This document shows, piece after piece, positions 1 through 6,902 of a DNA stretch of 10,914 nt. Made by a program: the position numbers and the translations under genes. Position 1 is the first letter of the stretch; the number at the start of each line of letters is the position of its first letter. Below the pieces are notes generated by a model. That model saw only the letters and a program-made list of their open reading frames with translations. It had not been told where the DNA came from and ran no database searches. Source of the DNA: Gemmatimonadota bacterium (lineage in GTDB: Bacteria > Gemmatimonadota > Gemmatimonadetes > Gemmatimonadales > GWC2-71-9); the NCBI GenBank assembly GCA_036679605.1, contig JAZDCZ010000325.1, forward strand, positions 1-10,914, in the 5' to 3' direction.

Positions 1-2
1 CG

Positions 3-929
3 TTACTATCGCCCTACGTTCACATCACCCAAGCCGCCGTAGAGCCGGTGGGCGACTCCAAGCCCGAGTGGGAGATCCATGCGCGGTTGGCAGAGTGGAT
101 CGAGAAGCGCGCCCATGCCCGAGGCCTCACCGGTTTTCGAGACCGTGATGGCAATGAGCAACGGTTCGACGACTTTCACCGACGTTTTACGTTCGACGGT
201 CGGTTCGGCAATGATGCTCAATCAGAGGTCGCGAGGGAGGTAGTTCGCAAGACCGAGTTTGTAGACAGCAGCTTCGACGAACTTCGCGAGCACGGCTTCG
301 AACGCGTCAATGGGATCGGCAGCCATCCTTTTAATATAGGCAACGCGACCGACGTTCATGCCGATGCGCCGGTTATCAACCGTGGCCGGCGTCGCCAACA
401 GCCCGGGCCGTGGCCGACTCTGACACGACGAATTCAGTTCTACATCGATCACCCATTTTATCTCGAACTCGGCGAGGAGCTTCCGATGCATAAGGAGCCT
501 CCTCGGCCGGGAGGTGACTATCCGTTGGTTCTGACCGGTGGTCACACCCGTTGGAGCATTCACGCTGGTTGGCGCAATCTGAACCTGTTGCTGCAACTGC
601 AACGCGGAGAGGCTGCGGCTTTTGTTGCTGCTACCGACGCGCGCGAGCGTGATATAACCGATGGCGATACCATTCGTCTGTGGAACGACGTCGGAGAGTT
701 CCGCTTACGGGCCAAGGTGTCGTCGGCCGTGCGTCCTGGCACCGTGATCGTCTATCACGCGTGGGAGGACTATCAGTTCACCGGAGCCAAGGGCTATCGA
801 AATGTTCTGCCGAGTCCCCTTAACCCCATCGAGTTAGCGGGTGGCTACAACCATCTGCGCCCGGTGCCGGCCTCTCTACAGCCGGGGCAGAGCGACCGCG
901 AAACCCGTATTGAAATGGAAAAGGCCTGA
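3..929 (+). CDS. Molybdopterin (bis-MGD) oxidoreductase catalytic alpha subunit, DMSO reductase family type II (EbdA/steroid C25 dehydrogenase/SerA/DdhA-like), C-terminal part; 5'-truncated by the window
   Basis: The frame is open from position 3 (LLSPYVHITQAAVEPVGDSKPEWEI), so the ORF-track start at 48 is not the real start. Motifs typical of the type II DMSOR C-terminus and molybdopterin dinucleotide-binding domain: PWPTLTRRIQFYIDHPFYLELGEELPMHKEPP, YPLVLTGGHTRWSIHAGW, LLQLQRGE, DARERDITDGDTIRLWNDVG, VRPGTVIVYHAWEDYQF, LAGGYNHL. TGA stop at 927-929. Confidence 0.9.
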   Translation, partial: LLSPYVHITQAAVEPVGDSKPEWEIHARLAEWIEKRAHARGLTGFRDRDGNEQRFDDFHRRFTFDGRFGNDAQSEVAREVVRKTEFVDSSFDELREHGFERVNGIGSHPFNIGNATDVHADAPVINRGRRRQQPGPWPTLTRRIQFYIDHPFYLELGEELPMHKEPPRPGGDYPLVLTGGHTRWSIHAGWRNLNLLLQLQRGEAAAFVAATDARERDITDGDTIRLWNDVGEFRLRAKVSSAVRPGTVIVYHAWEDYQFTGAKGYRNVLPSPLNPIELAGGYNHLRPVPASLQPGQSDRETRIEMEKA

Positions 930-1269
930 GGGTGCGAGGTAGGCTTCCCGAACACGGGGGAAGGCCGTCCGTTGATTGGTGCCCGTCGGCACGGCTCGCG
1001 AATGCGAGTTGAAGTCGACGAGCGCGATCACCCATCACAGCGCGGCCACTGCCGCTATCTCACCTCATAACCCGCACAGGTCATCGTCCGCTCCTCTATC
1101 GCGCTGCGGCGATCCGGACAACAGTTCCAAGCAACATGTTGAGGTACGCCCTCGATCCGGAGCGACGGTTCCGGCGATACCGAGCTGAACATCGAGGGGC
1201 GTCCACCATGAGGTTGTACATAGTGCACGCTGTTTTTTCCCCTGCCCACTAGGCCGGACGTTACGCTGG

Positions 1270-3360
1270 TTGGTGAGGCAACCAGTGCGCTTCTCTACTA
1301 CCACACCGAAGACGAGACCGAGTCTTACCGCTACCATTGCCGTGGCCGTGTCGATCGAAGCGTTTCTGGTAATTGGCAAGGCGTTATGGCTTGCTTCGTC
1401 TCTCGGCGTCGGACGCCCGCGTCGTTTCGCTCCGGGTTGGTTTGCAAGGCTGGCCGCCGAGGTTCTACCGCTACCTGTTTGGCTGCGAGCATGGGTTTCT
1501 TCGTGGACGGAGAATCCCAGCGATCTAAGCTGGCCGCCGGCAGTTGCGATGTTCGCTGCCGAGACGCTGCTGGCGGGTATGGCCTTCGGTCTTGTCCTCG
1601 CCGCGGGGACGAGGGTCGCACTCTTGCTTGCCGCTCGCCGGCGTTCGTTGTTGCGAGGGCCGAGGGCCTCCTACGTTGCGGTTTTGGCGACACTGACCGC
1701 CTTGCCGGCTTTCGAGTTCACGGCCTCAATCTACTGGGCCCTGGTCATGGGCGCTGTGGGAAAAGGCTGGCCTTCGGCAACAGCGACATTGGTAAGTCTG
1801 GGCACTACGGTTCCGCTTTGGGGGTTGTTCTTCTTCGTTTCCGGAAGTGTGGTCGCCAGGATGTCGGCAACCCTCAGGCGAAGCTGCACTGGCGTCGTCT
1901 TTGCTGCAGCCCTTGTTGCGATATGCCTGATGGCAGCACCGGTTCTCGAACAGAGAGGACGCCGAGGGGGCGCGCCGGCGTCTACGGACGACGAGGCGCC
2001 GCTAGGAGTTTTGCTCATCTCCATCGATACATTACGTGCCGATCACTTGGGTTGTTACGGATACGAGCGTGAGACCAGTCCGACGCTCGATGGCATTGCT
2101 GCTGAAGGTGTCAGATTTCGCGACATGGTAGCAGCGTCCTCATGGACGCTGCCGACCCATCTCAGCATGTTGACCAGCTTACCTCCCGTGGCTCACGGCG
2201 TCACTCGGGCGGAAAGGGGACGCCTCAATTCCAATATCGTCACACTCGCCGAGGTCTTCCGCGATGCCGGCTATCAGACGGCGGCTTTCGTCGTTTCTGG
2301 ATACATGGATGCCGGATATGGGCACATCCAGGGATTTGAACACTACGACGATTACTCGGCTGTTGTCGCCTGTAAAACTATCTATTCGCGATGTGTTACC
2401 TCGCCGGATCTCATTCCGCAGATCCAGAAATTTTTCACCCGTTGGGATGCAGACGGTAGGCAACGTCCATTTTTTACGTTGGTTCATCTCATGGACGTAC
2501 ACAATGACTATAAACCTCCTCCGCCGTTCGATACGATGTTCGATGACGACTATCGGGGTTCGGTTTCTGGGACGGATCCGCGTTCACTTTTCGCGATGGA
2601 AGAACCCGTCAAGGCTCGCGACCTCGAACATATCGTTTCGCTTTATGACGGAGAAGTCCGCTTCGTCGACAGCTGGATAAAGCGCCTGTTCGATACGATG
2701 CGGAATCTTGGAATTCTCGATCGTACCGTTGTCGCTATTACCGCAGATCACGGCGAGGAGTTCTTGGAACACGGTGGCTGGAACCACAACCGGACGCTTT
2801 ACGATGAGGTTTTACGAGTCCCCCTGCTTCTGCGTTATCCGGCGCGATTGCCGGCTGGATTGGTAGTCGAGGAGACGGCGCAGCACATAGATTTGGCTCC
2901 AACGCTGCTGGCGCTGGCCGGCGTCGACCCGTCAATCGGTTTTGGCCGCGTCGAACCTGCTTCACAATATCCTGCGCGTGACCTTAACGGCGCCATCCTT
3001 CGCGCGCTCGAGAAGGGAGAGGAAGCCGACGCGGAAGTGTTCGCATCTTTGGCCGACACATCTCCCGTCGACACCTCATTTGCCGACCTTTACGGAACGA
3101 TGGTGTCGGTACGTTCGGGCCGTTTCAAGCTCATTCGCTCGCTGGATGGAAGCGTTGATGACCAACTCTACGACCTCAACACCGATCCCGGGGAACAACA
3201 TAACGTGACCGAAAGTTATGGTGACGGTATCCGTAAGATGCTGGCGGCCAAGATCGATCGCTGGAGAGAGCACTGGAAATCTCTAGGCTCTGACGCCGAA
3301 ACGATGAAGCTGAGCAGTGAGCAGCGCGAGCGTCTCAGGGCCCTAGGCTACCTGGACTGA
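1270..3360 (+). CDS. Membrane-anchored sulfatase-like / alkaline phosphatase superfamily protein (about 5 N-terminal TM helices, Thr-type active-site motif)
   Basis: 696-aa ORF. Hydrophobic N-terminal ~225 aa, then a sulfatase-fold domain: VLLISIDTLRADHLGCYGYERETSPTLD, SSWTLPTHLSMLTS, VHLMDVHNDY, YDGEVRFVD, ITADHGEEFLEHG, LYDEVLRVPLLL, HIDLAPTLLALAG, LYDLNTDPGEQHNV, ERLRALGYLD. The start is uncertain (TTG 1270 or GTG 1273, no clear SD). Confidence 0.88.
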   Translation: MVRQPVRFSTTTPKTRPSLTATIAVAVSIEAFLVIGKALWLASSLGVGRPRRFAPGWFARLAAEVLPLPVWLRAWVSSWTENPSDLSWPPAVAMFAAETLLAGMAFGLVLAAGTRVALLLAARRRSLLRGPRASYVAVLATLTALPAFEFTASIYWALVMGAVGKGWPSATATLVSLGTTVPLWGLFFFVSGSVVARMSATLRRSCTGVVFAAALVAICLMAAPVLEQRGRRGGAPASTDDEAPLGVLLISIDTLRADHLGCYGYERETSPTLDGIAAEGVRFRDMVAASSWTLPTHLSMLTSLPPVAHGVTRAERGRLNSNIVTLAEVFRDAGYQTAAFVVSGYMDAGYGHIQGFEHYDDYSAVVACKTIYSRCVTSPDLIPQIQKFFTRWDADGRQRPFFTLVHLMDVHNDYKPPPPFDTMFDDDYRGSVSGTDPRSLFAMEEPVKARDLEHIVSLYDGEVRFVDSWIKRLFDTMRNLGILDRTVVAITADHGEEFLEHGGWNHNRTLYDEVLRVPLLLRYPARLPAGLVVEETAQHIDLAPTLLALAGVDPSIGFGRVEPASQYPARDLNGAILRALEKGEEADAEVFASLADTSPVDTSFADLYGTMVSVRSGRFKLIRSLDGSVDDQLYDLNTDPGEQHNVTESYGDGIRKMLAAKIDRWREHWKSLGSDAETMKLSSEQRERLRALGYLD

Positions 3361-3412
3361 GGGTTCTCGATACGCCGTTGAGATGCGTTGGTCGCGCAAA
3401 CTCGTGCAAACG

Positions 3413-4879
3413 TTAACCGCCGTTGCCGATACGGGGGCTCGTCTCTTGCCCTGTCGACGACGCTGTTCGTAGGGCGGCAAGAAGGGTTCGGGCGTGATCG
3501 ATGAGCGCTCGGTCAACCAGAAGCGCACAGAATCCGTACACGACAAGTGCGATGAGGCCGCGCAACATGGGATCGTCGGTTATCAGCAAGGCCGACGCAC
3601 AAGAGAAAGCGGCGACGAGTAAAGGTCGTACGAACGGGCCGAAAAACGGCAAGGGGCGCACCCTACGTACAGTGAAAAAGTGGGCGACCAACCACACGAC
3701 GAGGGATGCTATCAGCATGGTTGCCGCTGCCCCCGACGCGCCGAAGATGAGAATCGCCGGCCAACCTACGACGACGGTCGCGAGGGCACCGGCAGACTGC
3801 GCGGCAAGTACGAAGCCTTGTCGGTCGGCGGCTATCAAGACCCAGCGCGCATGCCCCGATACGACATGCACGGGCACGGTCCACAGCATCAACTGCAGGG
3901 GAATAGTGGCAGCGGCGAACTCGTTGCCGTAGAGCGTGGTGCAGAATATTCCGGCCAGTAGTCCTCCGATTGTTGCTAATCCAATCCCTCCCCAGGCCAC
4001 GATACGAAACGAAGGCCGAACAAGGGCATCAAAATTGTCCTCACTGCCGGTCTGCATGCGCCTGACCACTGCCGGGAACAAGTTGAAATGATAGAGCCAG
4101 CCGAGTGCGAACAGCGAAAGAACAACTCGATGCGCAGCGCCGTACAATCCGACTGCGTACGTGCCGAGATAGACGGCGAGTATAAGGGTGGGCACGTACT
4201 GTGTTAGAGCCCACACAATCTGGCTCAGCCCGAGCCACCATCCGCGCGCGAATATTCGTCCGACCCCACGTGCTCGTATCCGTATGCGAAACCCGTGGGT
4301 CAGACGCACTCGGGCGACAACGAAAAACAGCGCCAGCAGGGTCGCCGCAGCGACCTCCGCCCGACCGACAGCTACAAGGTCATCGGTGGAGTGCACCATT
4401 AGAAATAATCCGACTACAAAAACCGTGGTTCTCAGAAACTGGCCGAAGGCCACGATCGGCATGCGTTCGAGGCCTTGGAACAGCCACCGATAGGTGGCCG
4501 GCAGAGCTAGGATGGCCAGTGCATAGAGCCGTACTAACTGCTCGCCACTCGGGTCGTCGGCGAAGAACCGGCCCATCCATCCCATGAGAGGCACGGCGAT
4601 ACAGGCGAGGATCGCTCGGGTCAGGAAAATATCGGAGACGAGATCATCAGCGTTCTCGGGCTTGATGGCGATGTCGCGTGCGCCGATCGCACCCGTGCCC
4701 ATCTCGACGGCAATCGTGAAGAACATCGATAGAGCCGTCGCGATTTCTACTGCGCCGTACCCGGCCGGGGCCAGCGTCCGTGCCAGGTATGCGAAACCGA
4801 TGAAGGACACCAGTCGCCCTAGGGCCTCTCCGCCCGACAGCGCTACGAAGTTGCGGATGATACGGGTCGATTGACTCAC
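3413..4879 (-). CDS. wzx: Wzx-like oligosaccharide/polysaccharide flippase (PST/MOP superfamily)
   Basis: 488 aa, hydrophobic throughout with many TM segments. Characteristic N-terminus IIRNFVALSGGEALGRLVSFIGFAYLARTLAPAGYG, plus WLFQGLERM and VGLYGAAHRVV. The GTG start at 4879 overlaps the upstream GT4 TGA stop (GTGA), suggesting translational coupling. Confidence 0.88.
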   Translation of the reverse strand: MSQSTRIIRNFVALSGGEALGRLVSFIGFAYLARTLAPAGYGAVEIATALSMFFTIAVEMGTGAIGARDIAIKPENADDLVSDIFLTRAILACIAVPLMGWMGRFFADDPSGEQLVRLYALAILALPATYRWLFQGLERMPIVAFGQFLRTTVFVVGLFLMVHSTDDLVAVGRAEVAAATLLALFFVVARVRLTHGFRIRIRARGVGRIFARGWWLGLSQIVWALTQYVPTLILAVYLGTYAVGLYGAAHRVVLSLFALGWLYHFNLFPAVVRRMQTGSEDNFDALVRPSFRIVAWGGIGLATIGGLLAGIFCTTLYGNEFAAATIPLQLMLWTVPVHVVSGHARWVLIAADRQGFVLAAQSAGALATVVVGWPAILIFGASGAAATMLIASLVVWLVAHFFTVRRVRPLPFFGPFVRPLLVAAFSCASALLITDDPMLRGLIALVVYGFCALLVDRALIDHARTLLAALRTASSTGQETSPRIGNGG

Positions 4880-6126
4880 GCTGTCTGCAACTCATCCACA
4901 ACCCGCATGCGGCCGCGTCGCCGCGCGATGGAGAGGATCAACTCGAAATACCGGTCGAGTACGACCGACTCGGTCCAGCGAGTTGCGAATACCTTACGCC
5001 CGGCTCGTGCATGCTCGTCGCGTAGATCTGAATCGAGGGTCATCGTGCGAATCGCATGGGCAAATTCATCGTGGTTTTCGAATAGGATTCCACCTCCGGC
5101 TTCGAGCAGTTCCGGCAGGGGACCGAGCCGCCGGGCAATCACCGGTAGCCGATCGCGGAACGCTTCGAGCAACACCATAGGAAATACTTCGTAACACATC
5201 GACGGCAACACTAGTGCTCGAGCGCCGGAATACAGGGAGCGCAATCGTTTCTCGCTAACCTGACCAAGGAACTTGACCTTGGGCAAAGAGTGGGCCTGTC
5301 GGCGAAGTTCGCTTTCCATCGAGCCCGTACCGGCCACCCAAAGTTCAGCGCCGGCATCGGCCCCGAAGTGTGGCATTACATCATGCAATCCTTTGAGCCG
5401 CTCCAGGCGGCCCGCGAACAAGAAGTAGGGGGGCGCGTTTGACGCTACACTCTCGGCATCGGTGGGCATAGGAGTATCAGGAAGAAAGTTGGGAAGAATT
5501 TCGAAATCACGCATGAAGCCCAAGCGTCGATGTTGAGCGGCCGTGAAACGGCTCGGTGCGATAAATTGGTCGACGGCACCCGTGGCGTTCTCTATCATAT
5601 GTGTCGACCGCCACAGTTGTGGTGGTCGGCGATAGTGCAATACGCAACGCAAGCACTGGCGTTCGGTACAAAGCTCACGGTCGTGACGCCAGAGAACGTG
5701 CGTCGGACAGACCAGCCAGTGCTCGTGCGTCGTGTACAACTTGAGTGCATTCCCGTAGCGAAGAATAGCGGGGCCGCCGATCAGCGAAATGTTGTGATAA
5801 TGCACGACGTCGAAACGGCGGGTGGCGAAGATGTCGCGAATAGCGCGTCCGTGCACCAGGGGACGCCCGAGTTGCTGGGTTGCCAAACAGGACAAAGCTC
5901 CCATGCGGCTTCTCATCGGATGTACGGTGACCCCGTTGGGTTCCCGACCCGGAGCGGGTTCGGGTATACTGGACAGAGTGCGATGTGCATCGGCGTCGTG
6001 GATCACGTCGACCTCGTGGCCGCGACGGGCCAGTGCGTGGCTGAGCCGCTGGACCAAAGTCGCATCGCCCCCGAAGTGGTAAGGGGGGTAGAATGTGGTC
6101 ACCATGGCAAATCGCAGAGCGCTCAA
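4876..6126 (-). CDS. Glycosyltransferase family 4 (GT-B fold), about 416 aa
   Basis: N-terminal LRFAMVTTFYPPYHFGG, FDVVHYHN, FIAPSRF, YFLFAGRLERLKG, LWVAGTG, VKFLGQV and the E-x7-E motif EVFPMVLLEA, followed by PVIARRLGPLPEL. I moved the start from the ORF-track 6246 to TTG at 6126: it has an AGGAGG SD 5 nt upstream, matches the usual GT4 N-terminus, and avoids overlapping the deacetylase gene. Confidence 0.9.
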   Translation of the reverse strand: MSALRFAMVTTFYPPYHFGGDATLVQRLSHALARRGHEVDVIHDADAHRTLSSIPEPAPGREPNGVTVHPMRSRMGALSCLATQQLGRPLVHGRAIRDIFATRRFDVVHYHNISLIGGPAILRYGNALKLYTTHEHWLVCPTHVLWRHDRELCTERQCLRCVLHYRRPPQLWRSTHMIENATGAVDQFIAPSRFTAAQHRRLGFMRDFEILPNFLPDTPMPTDAESVASNAPPYFLFAGRLERLKGLHDVMPHFGADAGAELWVAGTGSMESELRRQAHSLPKVKFLGQVSEKRLRSLYSGARALVLPSMCYEVFPMVLLEAFRDRLPVIARRLGPLPELLEAGGGILFENHDEFAHAIRTMTLDSDLRDEHARAGRKVFATRWTESVVLDRYFELILSIARRRGRMRVVDELQTA

Positions 6127-6131
6127 TAGAT

Positions 6132-6137
6132 CCTCCT
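6132..6137 (-). promoter_or_regulatory. Shine-Dalgarno (AGGAGG) for the GT4 gene
   Basis: The + strand CCTCCT at 6132-6137 reads AGGAGG on the - strand, 5 nt before TTG at 6126. Confidence 0.7.
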
Positions 6138-6138
6138 C

Positions 6139-6864
6139 ATGAGGGCCATCCTTACATTCCACAGCATAGACTCTTCCGGCTCCGTTATGTCGGTATCGGC
6201 CGAAGCTTTGCGCAGGCTCATTCGTGCAATCCGCGCCGGCGGCCACCGTGTAGTCGACCTCTATTCACTTCTCGCCGACCCCCGGGAGCCTGACCGTATC
6301 GCTATCACTTTTGATGACGGTCTGCGGTCGGTCCATCGCCAGGCGTTATCTATTCTACGCGAAGAGAATGTGCCTGCTACTCTTTTGCTGACGACGGGCC
6401 ATGTAGGCGGGGATAGTCGTTGGCGAAGCCTACCCGAGGACGGCCCTGTATTTCCCATGTTAAATTGGTCCGAAATCGAGGATTTGCATGCAGCGGGGTG
6501 GAGTATCCAGGCGCACACCGTTCGCCATCCGCACTTGCCCTCTCTGAGCCCTGACGAGATCGAAGCGGAGTTCACTGAATCGAATGACATCATCGAAGCC
6601 AGGCTCGGACGGCGTCCGGTAGTCATGGCCTATCCCTACGGCAGTGTCGACGACACAGCGGCCGAAATCGCCTCGCGTTGTTACGAATTTTCGCTCACTA
6701 CGCGGATGGGGCTCTTGCCCGACGTAATCCGTGACAGGCAGAAGGTGCCGCGTCTCGACGTCTACTACTTCCGTTCCGAGAAGATTCATTGCCATTTTGG
6801 GACGGCGCGGTTTCGCACTTATCTCGCAATACGCATGTTTTTGCGTAAACTGCGCGGGCAATAG
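6139..6864 (+). CDS. Polysaccharide deacetylase, carbohydrate esterase family 4 (NodB homology, PgaB/IcaB-like arrangement)
   Basis: 241 aa with AILTFHSID, IAITFDDG (motif 1), PATLLLTTG, MLNWSEIEDL, IQAHTVRHPHL (metal-binding H-x3-H) and MAYPYG. No obvious signal peptide. Confidence 0.92.
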   Translation: MRAILTFHSIDSSGSVMSVSAEALRRLIRAIRAGGHRVVDLYSLLADPREPDRIAITFDDGLRSVHRQALSILREENVPATLLLTTGHVGGDSRWRSLPEDGPVFPMLNWSEIEDLHAAGWSIQAHTVRHPHLPSLSPDEIEAEFTESNDIIEARLGRRPVVMAYPYGSVDDTAAEIASRCYEFSLTTRMGLLPDVIRDRQKVPRLDVYYFRSEKIHCHFGTARFRTYLAIRMFLRKLRGQ

Positions 6865-6902
6865 TTCGACCGATGCTATCAGTATAACGCCCTGAGAAGC
6901 CG

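Noticed and set aside
930..1269. Cobalamin riboswitch, group II intron domain V, SRP or 6S RNA in the intergenic region
   Set aside because: Only isolated fragments are present (GGGAAG, GCCACTG, minus-strand GAGCCGTG), without the required order, spacing or pairing.
1386..2072. 228-aa alternative-frame ORF inside the sulfatase-like gene
   Set aside because: Arg/Gly/Cys-rich composition typical of a shadow frame in GC-rich DNA, with no motifs.
3361..3412. Terminator or invertible-segment repeat between the convergent sulfatase-like and wzx genes
   Set aside because: Only a weak stem (TCTCGA/TTGAGA) without a U-tract. No inverted repeat matching the 6127-6138 junction and no recombinase in the window.
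5530..6129. 199-aa + strand ORF antisense to GT4
   Set aside because: Fully overlaps a well-supported gene and has no recognisable domain.
6127..6246. N-terminal extension of the GT4 ORF in the ORF track (start 6246)
   Set aside because: It overlaps the deacetylase gene antisense, has no GT4 similarity, and a strong SD plus TTG at 6126 gives a typical N-terminus.
6865..6888. Sigma70-like promoter TTCGAC...TATAAC upstream of the fusion gene
   Set aside because: The spacer is only 12 nt, and the 38-bp gap after the deacetylase is consistent with co-transcription.
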